Assembly: GCA_018669975.1 (NCBI GenBank)
Contig: JABHSK010000001.1
Coordinates: 152,394-216,393, forward strand
DNA from: Candidatus Parcubacteria bacterium
GTDB lineage: Bacteria; Patescibacteriota; Patescibacteriia; UBA1558; GWA2-36-10
DNA: 64,000 nucleotides
Direction of reading: 5' to 3'
How positions within the stretch are numbered: position 1 is the first letter of the stretch; the number at the start of each line of letters is the position of its first letter. Of this stretch, positions 47,383 to 56,621 are shown in pieces. The notes below the pieces were generated by a model, which was not told the DNA's origin, searched no databases, and worked only from the letters and a program-made list of their open reading frames with translations. Both the position numbers and the translations under genes were made by a program.

Positions 47383-47694
47383 TTAAACGATAATATTGTC
47401 TATTTTGACTTCAGTCAAATGTTGACGATGTCCAATCTTTCTTCTGTATCTAGTCTTGTTTTTATATTTCAAAACGTCAATTTTCTTATCTTTAAAATTC
47501 CTAACTAGAGTAGCTTCTACTTTAGCTTTGGCTACCCGTGGCTTACCAACTGTAACATTAGCTTTATCGGCTACCAATAATACTTGATCAAAGATAATTT
47601 TCTTACCTTCTTCTTCGGGTAATTTTTCTATCTTAAGAACATCACCTTTTTTGACTTGGTATTGTTTTCCACCTGTTTTGATTACTGCAAACAT
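47383..47694 (-). CDS. rplU: 50S ribosomal protein L21.
   Basis: MFAVIKTGGKQYQVKKGDVLKIEKL, with the start at 47694. A terminator lies at ~47357-47387. Confidence 0.85.
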   Translation of the reverse strand: MFAVIKTGGKQYQVKKGDVLKIEKLPEEEGKKIIFDQVLLVADKANVTVGKPRVAKAKVEATLVRNFKDKKIDVLKYKNKTRYRRKIGHRQHLTEVKIDNIIV

Positions 47695-47780
47695 AATTTT
47701 TATTAATTTAAAACAATAAGATATTAACAAAAAATAACTATTTTGTCAATTGTTTATCCTAATTTATCAAGTTTTATATA

Positions 47781-47809
47781 TTGACAATTTATATAAAATG
47801 TGCTATAAT
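47781..47809 (+). promoter_or_regulatory. Consensus sigma70-type promoter (TTGACA-N17-TATAAT) for the 47879 gene.
   Basis: Exact hexamers with 17-nt spacing. Confidence 0.5.
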
Positions 47810-47878
47810 ATGTACAGTTCATTAGAAAAGTAGGGAATTCACAAGGATTCCTGAACATAAGATTAGAAGGATCTAATT

Positions 47879-48370
47879 GTGTTAAAACCGAAAGGACTCG
47901 TCATGAAGACTATCATTATTTTGGCTCTGACCATCTGCGCGCTTATCCCCCAGTCGGGATATGCTGACGTTGAAATCATCGTCACCCCCACCCCTGGCCT
48001 CTTTGGCACTTCTCACAACCTGAGTAATCAGGAAAGCACTAGTGTCAAATATATGCAAGTGGGCCGCGTGTCTATCTCTGACTTCGAAAACTACCAGTTT
48101 ACCGTTATCAAAAACGGAAAGAAGTTAGACGATATTATCCGCAAAAACACTGCCATTTTCTACACTGGTGACTACACCATCCAAGTCTTCAACCGTCAAA
48201 CCAAAGCTCTTGTAGCCACTGCCAAATTTAACAGCAAAGAAATGCTGAACGCCTGGCAGTTCATGCTATTAATTGCAGTTCTATTTGCGACTGTCATTGG
48301 CCTGTACCTACTTAAAGGTTTTATCGATAACGAACGCCTGGTACGCAGACGCGGCTGGCGACACCCTTAA
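47879..48370 (+). CDS. Hypothetical secreted/membrane-anchored protein.
   Basis: A signal peptide and a C-terminal transmembrane segment; GC-rich. A terminator lies at ~48384-48425. Confidence 0.5.
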   Translation: MLKPKGLVMKTIIILALTICALIPQSGYADVEIIVTPTPGLFGTSHNLSNQESTSVKYMQVGRVSISDFENYQFTVIKNGKKLDDIIRKNTAIFYTGDYTIQVFNRQTKALVATAKFNSKEMLNAWQFMLLIAVLFATVIGLYLLKGFIDNERLVRRRGWRHP

Positions 48371-48452
48371 ACAGATCCTTGTCGAGGTCCTGTTCGGCTA
48401 CTACGCCGAGCGGGACCTCTTTTTTTCCTTATTTTTTAAGTATTTCATACTA

Positions 48453-48481
48453 TTGACAAAAATATGAATATATGATATAAT
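48453..48481 (+). promoter_or_regulatory. Consensus sigma70-type promoter (TTGACA-N17-TATAAT) for the 48581 gene.
   Basis: Exact hexamers with 17-nt spacing. Confidence 0.5.
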
Positions 48482-48580
48482 GCTTTATTCCCCTGGACAA
48501 TCTCGATAATACATATTTGCTGGGGAATTCGCAAGAACCTTAAAATCACTCAAAACGACTCTATCAGGAGGCACAAGCAC

Positions 48581-49261
48581 ATGGAAGCCAAAACCGAAAA
48601 AATCACCACCGTTGACACCACCGACACTCGAGAAAACCCCCGCCCTTTCACTGCCCTGCTTTTCTTTCGCAAGGAAGAGGAAGGAAACGCCACCGTCCTG
48701 CGCGCCGAATATGGCATGGGGCTCCCCCAGAGCTGCTACGTCTACGTCGACCAGGAGGACGATTCCCGCAACGGCATCCGTGAAGGATGGAACCTGGTCT
48801 GGGTATCGATCAAGCTGACGGCCGGCAAGGCCTACGCTCGCATCGTCAAGAAGGAGGACGCTCTCCGCTATCGCCTGCAGTGCCTGGTCGCACAGCAAAA
48901 GCTGGCGGAAGCCAAGGCTCCCAAGGTGGCTGACACCTCGGAAGACGAGAAGACCGTCCTGGCCATGCTGTTCGCCAAGAACACACCCTACACCGATCGC
49001 AAGAGCGGCAACACCACGGTGAAGCCGATCTTCAAGTACGGTCAGGGTATCGGGGGCCGCGGTGGTCACACCGTATTCGTCCACAAGGACGCCCTCGACA
49101 TGATCACCAACGAAGGCTGGTACCTGTGTGTACTGAATCGCAGTGCGCTGCGACTGAAGTACAGCTTCGCCAAGCCCTACCTGGTGAGTCAGTACATCGC
49201 CGAGATCATCGACGCCATGCAGGCGCAGTTGACTCGTTGCGGGTACTCCATGAGTTACTAG
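48581..49261 (+). CDS. Hypothetical protein.
   Basis: RBS caggagg; GC ~58%; no recognisable domain. The antisense ORF 48485..49084 is judged spurious. A terminator lies at ~49275-49315. Confidence 0.5.
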   Translation: MEAKTEKITTVDTTDTRENPRPFTALLFFRKEEEGNATVLRAEYGMGLPQSCYVYVDQEDDSRNGIREGWNLVWVSIKLTAGKAYARIVKKEDALRYRLQCLVAQQKLAEAKAPKVADTSEDEKTVLAMLFAKNTPYTDRKSGNTTVKPIFKYGQGIGGRGGHTVFVHKDALDMITNEGWYLCVLNRSALRLKYSFAKPYLVSQYIAEIIDAMQAQLTRCGYSMSY

Positions 49262-49349
49262 GAAACTCCTAGTACAGACAACCGGTTCCGCAAGACATCT
49301 TGCGGGGCCGGTTTTTTCATTGTTTAAAAAAGACTCCCTCGAAAGGGAG

Positions 49350-49703
49350 TCACTTGGGAATTCCAGTAAAAAAGGCTACTAACCACAAGGCCCAGGCCCA
49401 CACTGAATACTTAGTAAACAATTCTTGGCAACGCCCTCCTCTAGCTAATGAGTCTACGGCCCACAATAAATGGATCAACATAATAACTAAAGCTAACAAG
49501 CCACAAAAGCTATGCAAATGAAGAGCAAAACCTCCGTTTTGATAACCCATCATAGTGGTGCCGATAATATCGCATATCAAGGCTAGAACAAATATAATGA
49601 GCATCCAAGGCATTAGACGTTTTTTGATTTTCTCTGACCAAATGGCCGTGGTGTATAGCAGTAGAGCAAGTGCTATAAACAGAATGGCTACAGGCATGAT
49701 CAC
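49350..49703 (-). CDS. Hypothetical small polytopic membrane protein.
   Basis: 3-4 transmembrane segments with His residues in the helices. A terminator hairpin at ~49325-49355 (gactccctcgaaagggagtc) sits between convergent genes. Confidence 0.45.
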   Translation of the reverse strand: MIMPVAILFIALALLLYTTAIWSEKIKKRLMPWMLIIFVLALICDIIGTTMMGYQNGGFALHLHSFCGLLALVIMLIHLLWAVDSLARGGRCQELFTKYSVWAWALWLVAFFTGIPK

Positions 49704-49871
49704 CTCCTTGAGAATATTTTGAAATAACCCTAATAATAAGCTTATTATAATCCTTTAAGCCAATAAAGCAAGCTTATTATCGTTGACAAAATAGCTAAAA
49801 AATGATATACTTATACATTCGCAATGGCGAAGTTTAGAGAACCTTAAAAACCTCAGAGAAAGGGAAAACAC

Positions 49872-50711
49872 ATGCGCAAGTTGAGCATCACTCTATTCCT
49901 AATCACCGTCCTCGCTCTTCCCCTGACAGCTCTGGCTGCCCAACCCGACAGCCTGCAGGTCTACGCCTTTGGTGCCAACACCAACACCTTCGAACAGAAA
50001 GAGGCTGGTTACCACCAATTCGACTGGACCCGTGCTGGCTTCCGTGCCTACAAGAACGACTTCATGTTTCGTGTGGAGTACGACTACAGCTCAAGCTCCA
50101 TGAAATACTCCTACCTGGAGTACAGTCGGTCATATCACAACTGGAAGCTCGGCGGTCAGTGGGGCAAGTATCTCATCCCGGTGATGTACAATTACCCCGG
50201 ACCCTCCACACGCCCGATGCCTCGCTGGGGCTATGCTATCAAAGACGTACCGGTCTACGGTACTGGAATGTCGGCATATGCCAAACGCGACTGGTTCAAG
50301 CTCCAGGTTGGTCAATTTGACTTCGACGACTACGTCGTCAATGTCCAGGCTGGCCCGATTCGCGCCTGGTGGATCAAGGATCAAGCTCAGGGCATGTTCC
50401 TGAAACAATCCCTGCACCCCTGGCTAAATCTGTTTGCTGGCTGGACCAACTACGAAGATCACTCCAATCGTAAGTTCCCAGAACGTCGCAACGCGGCCTT
50501 CGTGCAAAATCACGTTCGCCTGAGTGATCGGGTACGAGTATTCATGCACCAAGACTTCGGTGACTTCAAAGGTGCCTTTATCGGCGGACTGAGCTACTCG
50601 CTCTTTACCAACGATGTGGAAAACACCATCGGCATCTTCTATGACACCGACAACTTGTGGCAGGCTCGCGTCACTTTCAGCTTCAGTCAAATATTCCGAC
50701 TGGAATCCTAA
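49872..50711 (+). CDS. Secreted beta-rich (porin/beta-barrel-like) protein.
   Basis: A signal peptide (ALPLTALAAQP), alternating aromatic/hydrophilic beta-strand patterning and a Tyr/Trp-rich composition. A TTGACA-N17-TATACT promoter lies at 49783-49811. Confidence 0.45.
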   Translation: MRKLSITLFLITVLALPLTALAAQPDSLQVYAFGANTNTFEQKEAGYHQFDWTRAGFRAYKNDFMFRVEYDYSSSSMKYSYLEYSRSYHNWKLGGQWGKYLIPVMYNYPGPSTRPMPRWGYAIKDVPVYGTGMSAYAKRDWFKLQVGQFDFDDYVVNVQAGPIRAWWIKDQAQGMFLKQSLHPWLNLFAGWTNYEDHSNRKFPERRNAAFVQNHVRLSDRVRVFMHQDFGDFKGAFIGGLSYSLFTNDVENTIGIFYDTDNLWQARVTFSFSQIFRLES

Positions 50712-50723
50712 GGAGGTCTTCCA

Positions 50724-51056
50724 ATGCCTAATATCATGATGATCGGATTCGATGGTAGTGAATACGAAGAAAAAAAGGCTATCATCGACGCCACCATGCA
50801 GAAACTCGGTTTGGGTGATGATGCTGTCACTACCCACTTTGGTCGAAACAATGTCGACAGTCGAATTGGCTGCCTGGTCACCTCTTGTTGCGGTCAGCGT
50901 ATCAACAGCCCATACATCGTGGTCCGTTCCACTGGTGGAATGAAAGAGATCGACATGATCATAGCGGCCCTCAAGGCCAATAATATCGGTGTCGATTGCG
51001 AAAAACAATCCCTTCCTGAGAATGGCTTCATCGAAGCCAATGACATGAGGAGCTAA
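50724..51056 (+). CDS. Small hypothetical protein.
   Basis: taaggagg RBS 7 nt upstream. A terminator lies at ~51066-51100. Confidence 0.4.
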   Translation: MPNIMMIGFDGSEYEEKKAIIDATMQKLGLGDDAVTTHFGRNNVDSRIGCLVTSCCGQRINSPYIVVRSTGGMKEIDMIIAALKANNIGVDCEKQSLPENGFIEANDMRS

Positions 51057-51192
51057 AGCTCTGTATGACGGCCGAACCCCCTGGGTTCGGCCGTTTTTTA
51101 TTACCTTAATATATTGACAAACACATACTTTTATGATAATTTGCCAAGTCTATTTGGATCCTTAAAAACTTTCAACCAAAGGAAGGTAAAAC

Positions 51193-52320
51193 GTGAAAAG
51201 AAAGCCTGCATTGAGAAACCTGCGCCAGTTCATCGAACTGATGGTGTCTTGTAATGTTAATGACCACCAATCTTGGAAAGCTTTTGCTGTAGAATATAAA
51301 CCTGAAATTGGCCGTTTATTTGGCTACTCACAAGACGAAGGCTTACCATCTATCACTTCTGTGGTTAAACCATTTTTCCATCCTGAATTACCGCTAATTG
51401 GCTTGAACTACACGCCAGTAGCTCATAACACTCTACACGCCTTTCCTCAGGGCTGGACTGATGAGCTTAGGCTCTGCCGAGGCATTATTTTTGACCGTAA
51501 TGGTCAGCTAGTGGCCCTGCCGTTTCCTAAGTTTTTCAACTATGGCGAGCACCCGGAAACTCAAGATATCCCTGACCTACCTTTTGAGGCTACTCTCAAA
51601 CAGGATGGACACCTAGGAATTATTTTCCGTTATCAGGATAAATTTATTCTGACTACTCGTGGCTCTTTTAAGAGTAATAGCTCTCTCTTGGGCAACCGTA
51701 TGTTATCTCGCTATGTACGAGAAAATAACTGGCAACGTCATTTTCCGACCAATCTAACTCTACTGGTGGAAATCATCCACCCAGATACTAAGGTTTACGT
51801 CGACTATGACGGCCAAAAGCAATTCACTATTATCGGCGCTAATAGCACGGCTACTATGGCTGACTATGGTTATAAGCGTTTGCTGAGCTACGGTAAAAAA
51901 TTGAATTTGGAAGTATCCCCTATCTGGACTGGTCGTTCTGTCAATGACCTGGTGGAATTGATGAAAGATCGTTCAGTGGAAAATACTGAGGGTTACGTAA
52001 TTCGTTTCCAAAACGGATTACGCGTCAAGGTAAAATTCCAAACTTACATAGGTTATATGGTAGCTGACAAACTCAGCTTCACCTATCTGATGAATCGGAT
52101 GATCAGTGGCAACCTGGAAAGGATGCTGTCTACTCTACCCGAGGAAATCTATCAGATAGCTCTGGAAATGTTGGGTCGTACCATGCTGCTCCTAAGTACG
52201 CCTGGTACAGCCAAAGAAAAATGGCGCCAGCTCTATACACTGGTACCATCTGAGCAATCAACATCCTATTTCCAATTAATCTGCCGCAAGTTCGTCAAAC
52301 ACATGACTAATACGGCCTAA
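51193..52320 (+). CDS. ATP-dependent RNA/DNA ligase-like nucleotidyltransferase (Rnl-like).
   Basis: KxDG motif I (TLKQDGHLGIIF), motif III-like LLVEIIHP, motif IV-like DGQKQFTIIG and motif V-like EGYVIRFQNGLRVKVK. Confidence 0.5.
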   Translation: MKRKPALRNLRQFIELMVSCNVNDHQSWKAFAVEYKPEIGRLFGYSQDEGLPSITSVVKPFFHPELPLIGLNYTPVAHNTLHAFPQGWTDELRLCRGIIFDRNGQLVALPFPKFFNYGEHPETQDIPDLPFEATLKQDGHLGIIFRYQDKFILTTRGSFKSNSSLLGNRMLSRYVRENNWQRHFPTNLTLLVEIIHPDTKVYVDYDGQKQFTIIGANSTATMADYGYKRLLSYGKKLNLEVSPIWTGRSVNDLVELMKDRSVENTEGYVIRFQNGLRVKVKFQTYIGYMVADKLSFTYLMNRMISGNLERMLSTLPEEIYQIALEMLGRTMLLLSTPGTAKEKWRQLYTLVPSEQSTSYFQLICRKFVKHMTNTA

Positions 52321-52330
52321 GGAGGTAAAC

Positions 52331-52546
52331 ATGAGCGTTTCTTTAACCACAAACAGCCACGGAGAACTCCAAGGCTGTGGCTTTAATGGCGCGGATACTC
52401 GCACCGTACATATCGGTGAATATGAAATCCCGCTGGAGGAATTCTGCGGTCTGGCTGCTGCCATTCTTGGTGGCGGCATGGTCGGCTGGAGAGGCCAAAA
52501 GCCTGAGTGCGTTGAAAAGGCTGTCGAATTAATCAACAGCCGTTAA
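52331..52546 (+). CDS. Small hypothetical protein.
   Basis: ctaaggaggtaaacATG RBS. A terminator lies at ~52560-52592. Confidence 0.4.
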   Translation: MSVSLTTNSHGELQGCGFNGADTRTVHIGEYEIPLEEFCGLAAAILGGGMVGWRGQKPECVEKAVELINSR

Positions 52547-52589
52547 ACTTTCCTTTTATTGCCCCGAACATCAGTTCGGGGTTTTTATT

Positions 52590-54983
52590 TTACTTAAATG
52601 CCTCTAGCCAACCAAAGGTCTCTTCTACATTCCTCATAATGACCTGGAAGACTGATTCTTGTTGTTTAGGTGTTAAAATTGTATAAGTTCTTGATCTAGA
52701 TGAATTACCTTCAGTATCAGTACTCTCTACTTGGAATCTATAGATAGCACCTGGATTAAAGTTAGTAATAACTACTACATGATGCCTAGCATAGTTTTCA
52801 TCTCTTGGACTAGTTTTAGTAAGTTCTTCACCTGCATTACCTGCTCCTTCTTCATAATACACTCTAGAGGTAGATGGTTCATTGGTATACCAAGAGATAA
52901 TAGCTTGTACTTTAGTTTCTTTACCTAGAGAAAGAGCTGCGTCTGTCTTTACTTGTCTGATAATAGGTGGAAGATTGTCATCGCTGGTAGCGAAAGAAGG
53001 GATAGTTTGGGCGATTGTACTATCATTTTGGGTGTTTCCATACATCTCTACCTGATACAACACACCTGCCTCTAAACCATCAACTGTTAATTGATGAATA
53101 GTGGTAAGTATTTCGTTCTTTTCTGTGCGTTTATCTTCCACTGCTAAATTGCCGCCTTTATATGGTGTATAACTAACATTAGAATCAGTTGGTACGGTAG
53201 TCACCCATTTAAATACTACTTCTTCAGTAGAAATTATATCGGTAGTATAACTTTCTATCTCAGCCAATTCCGCTAAAGTAACAAAACTAAAATCTTTTGA
53301 TTTAGCTGAAGCACCGCTAGGGCTTTCACTCTCAATATTGTAATGATAGATTGCTTCTGGCTCTAAACCAATTAAATTAACCTCATGTGTATTAGTAAGA
53401 GCATCTAAGTCACCCAGTGTATGTTCGTAGTCTACATTGTTTTCATAATAATTAGCGCTTGCATAACTAACTATTGAATTTGACTCTTTGTCTGTAGTCC
53501 AACCAATGGAAGCCGCACTAGCCCCAACTGTCAGCGCAGGTTCTCCTGAAATAATTGGTGGTGGTACAAAACTAGCCAAATCTGAAACATGCTCTATCAC
53601 ACCACTTTTGAATGTTCCCAAAGACACCTCAGAAGACATCTTTTCAAAGAAACTAGTAGCTTGTTCAACCGTGTTTAAAAAACTATCATCAGTAGCAGTG
53701 CCTTCGCCTTCACCTTCACCGCCATCAAGTCCTCCATCTCCACTATCAGCTAAAAATGATCCTGTAGAAAATGTAGCTTCTTCGACTTCTCCGATATTAC
53801 CACCGGTATCAATAGCTAATACTTTATATTTATAAATAGTTTCTGGTAATAGTCCTGTGATATTCATTTCATGAAGTCTGGTAGCCTTTTCTAGTGCTTT
53901 AGAGCTAATAATAGAGTTTTCATCTGTATTATCTACACCAAATTGTATTACTGAGATAGCGTTCTCACTAGTTTCCCAAGTAATCTTGGCTAAATCTGAA
54001 TCTTCACTACTAACATTAACTTTAGTAATCTTAGGTGCAATCCAATCTCCTGAGCTACCACCACCTCCGCCGCTACAAGAAAAACCTTCCAAAGCTACGT
54101 CAGCAGCTGTACCTTCTCTGAGCACCACCTCTGCTTCAGTAGATAGTTGTTCTAGGGTAGTAAACTCTGTTCCTACTGTACTAGTAGCGCTGTTACCTGA
54201 CTGGTCGACTGAAGTAACTACATAGAAATATCTAGAGCTGTTAGCTAAAGGAGTAATCACTATGCTGTGGGAAATATTGTAATCAGACGTCACTCGTGTA
54301 GAGCTAGTATATACACCTTCGACACTACCAAAGTATACCTGTGAATTAGCTGCCTCGTCTGTAGTCCACTCTATTACCACATCGTCGTCAGTAATCACAT
54401 CAGTAGCCACAGAAGTAATAACTGGTGCTACAGAATCTGAGGTAGTATTGAAATAATAATAATCTCCACCATTATTATCTGTAGCAACTCCTGATTTAAC
54501 GTAAAAATAATATTTAGTCCCTAAAGTCAAATCGGCAATATCCACAGAGTGTTCTTTTACTGAATCAGTATCAGTAGGCGTCACTGTATATCCACTCATA
54601 TCTGAGTTAGTAGAATAATACACCGTAGAATCTGAATTTATGTCTGTATTCCAAGTAATAGTAACTGTAGTATTTTGTACTGCTGAAGCAGAGGTGTTGG
54701 ATATAGCTGGACCAGCTAGCGTGGCAAAAGAATAACCATCACCACCACTGTTGTCGGTAGCTACGGCATTACTAGGATCAGCTGATTTTGCCTGATAATA
54801 ATATGTAGTATTAGGAGTTAACCCAGTTAACACAACTGAACGAGTAGAGGTGGTCATGGTGGTTACACTATCTTCATGTGCGTCGAGCCCTACGCTCGTC
54901 ACGTCCAAGAAATACCCTTTGACCTCGAGGCTATCGAGGCTATCCCGATCAAGATGAACTGGAGACAAGATATCGATGACCAC
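52590..54983 (-). CDS. Large surface protein with tandem fibronectin type III-like repeats. It lacks a signal peptide and is probably 5'-truncated.
   Basis: Low-GC gene with a repeated ...TxxYYY(V)KS...D..GN.. FN3-like periodicity (e.g. TKYYFYV, SRYFYVV, TIYKYKV, AIYHYNI, AIYRFQV). The first ~30 codons lie in GC-rich DNA. Confidence 0.7.
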   Translation of the reverse strand: MVIDILSPVHLDRDSLDSLEVKGYFLDVTSVGLDAHEDSVTTMTTSTRSVVLTGLTPNTTYYYQAKSADPSNAVATDNSGGDGYSFATLAGPAISNTSASAVQNTTVTITWNTDINSDSTVYYSTNSDMSGYTVTPTDTDSVKEHSVDIADLTLGTKYYFYVKSGVATDNNGGDYYYFNTTSDSVAPVITSVATDVITDDDVVIEWTTDEAANSQVYFGSVEGVYTSSTRVTSDYNISHSIVITPLANSSRYFYVVTSVDQSGNSATSTVGTEFTTLEQLSTEAEVVLREGTAADVALEGFSCSGGGGGSSGDWIAPKITKVNVSSEDSDLAKITWETSENAISVIQFGVDNTDENSIISSKALEKATRLHEMNITGLLPETIYKYKVLAIDTGGNIGEVEEATFSTGSFLADSGDGGLDGGEGEGEGTATDDSFLNTVEQATSFFEKMSSEVSLGTFKSGVIEHVSDLASFVPPPIISGEPALTVGASAASIGWTTDKESNSIVSYASANYYENNVDYEHTLGDLDALTNTHEVNLIGLEPEAIYHYNIESESPSGASAKSKDFSFVTLAELAEIESYTTDIISTEEVVFKWVTTVPTDSNVSYTPYKGGNLAVEDKRTEKNEILTTIHQLTVDGLEAGVLYQVEMYGNTQNDSTIAQTIPSFATSDDNLPPIIRQVKTDAALSLGKETKVQAIISWYTNEPSTSRVYYEEGAGNAGEELTKTSPRDENYARHHVVVITNFNPGAIYRFQVESTDTEGNSSRSRTYTILTPKQQESVFQVIMRNVEETFGWLEAFK

Positions 54984-55069
54984 AACGCTGGTAAAATCAA
55001 AACTTTATGCCGGCACGATGGATAAAAAATTATTGGGCCGTTGTCAAACAACGGCTCTTTTTATTTATA

Positions 55070-55098
55070 TTGACAAAATACATAAAACATAGTATATT
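55070..55098 (+). promoter_or_regulatory. Consensus-like promoter (TTGACA-N17-TATATT) directly downstream of a terminator hairpin at 55035-55065.
   Basis: Exact -35 with 17-nt spacing. An insulated cassette arrangement. Confidence 0.45.
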
Positions 55099-55163
55099 CA
55101 TTAGATTTTCCGTACACTTCATATTATTTACTTCATCCAAACTCAAACCTAGGAGCGTAAATC

Positions 55164-55688
55164 ATGCGCAGAAAAACACCTCTTATACTCATTATTGTGG
55201 CTGTAATCGGCGTATTGGGCCTGATTGGCTACTACAACCTGCACACTGGTCGAACCGCATCCCGCCTCGGTGGCAAGGAACACCGTCAAATTCTGTCCGT
55301 GGAAAACATGGAAACCTTTATCAGTATCAGCTTTTCCAAAAAGGATGACTCCACCGTCAAGGACATCACTTTCCTGGCTGCTGATGGCTATCACTACACC
55401 AAAGAATTCAAGGATGTCAGTCCTCTCGAGGGCGTAATCCGCTGGATTCCTCATGGAGAGGAAAGTTCTGCTGTCCGCACTCGGGCTATTTCCCGCTGGA
55501 CCGGCAAAGCAGTCCACATGGAACTTCCCGATGATTTTAATCGGATGCTCGGTGTCGATGTCGACAGCGAAAACGGTTCCAAGAATGTGACTTATCGCAG
55601 CACTGATGGCAACATCTACTCCAAGGAATACCGCGACGGTTGGATTGACCGTAAATTCCAAGGCTGGATAGAAGTCAAAGGCAAATAA
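55164..55688 (+). CDS. Hypothetical membrane-anchored protein.
   Basis: An N-terminal transmembrane segment and aggag RBS. A terminator lies at ~55700-55730. The antisense ORF 55149..55718 is judged spurious. Confidence 0.5.
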   Translation: MRRKTPLILIIVAVIGVLGLIGYYNLHTGRTASRLGGKEHRQILSVENMETFISISFSKKDDSTVKDITFLAADGYHYTKEFKDVSPLEGVIRWIPHGEESSAVRTRAISRWTGKAVHMELPDDFNRMLGVDVDSENGSKNVTYRSTDGNIYSKEYRDGWIDRKFQGWIEVKGK

Positions 55689-55804
55689 TATCCTTATACA
55701 GGGTGGCCCACGGGTCACCTTTTTTTATTGACATACTAAGCAATTTATTGTAATTTATACTAATTCACTTTGAACTTTTAAACCCTAAACTGGAGGTAAT
55801 ACAA

Positions 55805-56572
55805 ATGAAATGGCCACGTACCCTAACACTGATTCGACATGATGTATCACAATATAATCTTCTCAAAGAAACCAAATTGGCTGACCCACTTTATCAGCGC
55901 CTACTAAAAGCTTTTGAAGAAGATCCGAGTGGCCGACAAGCCAAACAATTGGCCGAAGAAATTGGCCATCGTTTTGCTGTCACCGTCAGTGACGCTCATA
56001 CTCCTTTGGCTGTAGAAGAGAGTCAACAGGCTGTAGCCACTGGCAAAGCCTTGGCCGGCAGGCAAGCCTTGCCTGACATTATCTTTGTCTCTCCCTATCT
56101 CAGGGCCAAGCAGACCCTACAGGCATTATGTGTAGGCTGGCCTGAACTAGCCACAATCAAAGTCGTTGAAGATGAACGTATTCGCGAACAAGAACATGGC
56201 TTATCGCTACTCTATGACCGTAAGGTCTTTTTCATCCTCTTCCCTGATCAACGCATCTTGCATAGCCGTGAAGGTTCTTACTATTATCGTTTTCCACAAG
56301 GTGAAAACATGCCTGATGTCCGGCTGCGTAATCGCTCTTGGTTAGGAGCTCTAGCCAGAGATTTTGGAGCCATGAATGTCATGTGTGTCACCCATCATCT
56401 CAATATTTTAGGCACCAGAGCCAATCTGGAGCGACTGTCTGCTGAAGAATTCCAACGCCTCGATGAAGACGAAAAACCCATTAATCTGGGTGTTACTACT
56501 TATTCTGGTGATCCCCAAGCTGGTCGAGACGGACACCTGATTCTCAGTGGTTACAACGAAGCCCTTTATTAA
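55805..56572 (+). CDS. Histidine phosphatase superfamily (phosphoglycerate-mutase-like) protein.
   Basis: N-terminal LTLIRHDVSQYN (RHG-like motif) and a second His in MCVTHHLNIL. Confidence 0.5.
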   Translation: MKWPRTLTLIRHDVSQYNLLKETKLADPLYQRLLKAFEEDPSGRQAKQLAEEIGHRFAVTVSDAHTPLAVEESQQAVATGKALAGRQALPDIIFVSPYLRAKQTLQALCVGWPELATIKVVEDERIREQEHGLSLLYDRKVFFILFPDQRILHSREGSYYYRFPQGENMPDVRLRNRSWLGALARDFGAMNVMCVTHHLNILGTRANLERLSAEEFQRLDEDEKPINLGVTTYSGDPQAGRDGHLILSGYNEALY

Positions 56573-56576
56573 AAAT

Positions 56577-56615
56577 ACCCCGTCTGCGCATTCGCGCGGC
56601 GGGGCTTTTTCTATT
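56577..56615 (+). terminator. Rho-independent terminator, near-identical to the one at 28647-28690.
   Basis: ccccgtc-tgcgcattcgcgc-ggcgggg followed by ctttttctatt. It shares a 27-nt core with the NAD-island terminator. Confidence 0.7.
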
Positions 56616-56621
56616 CAAAAA

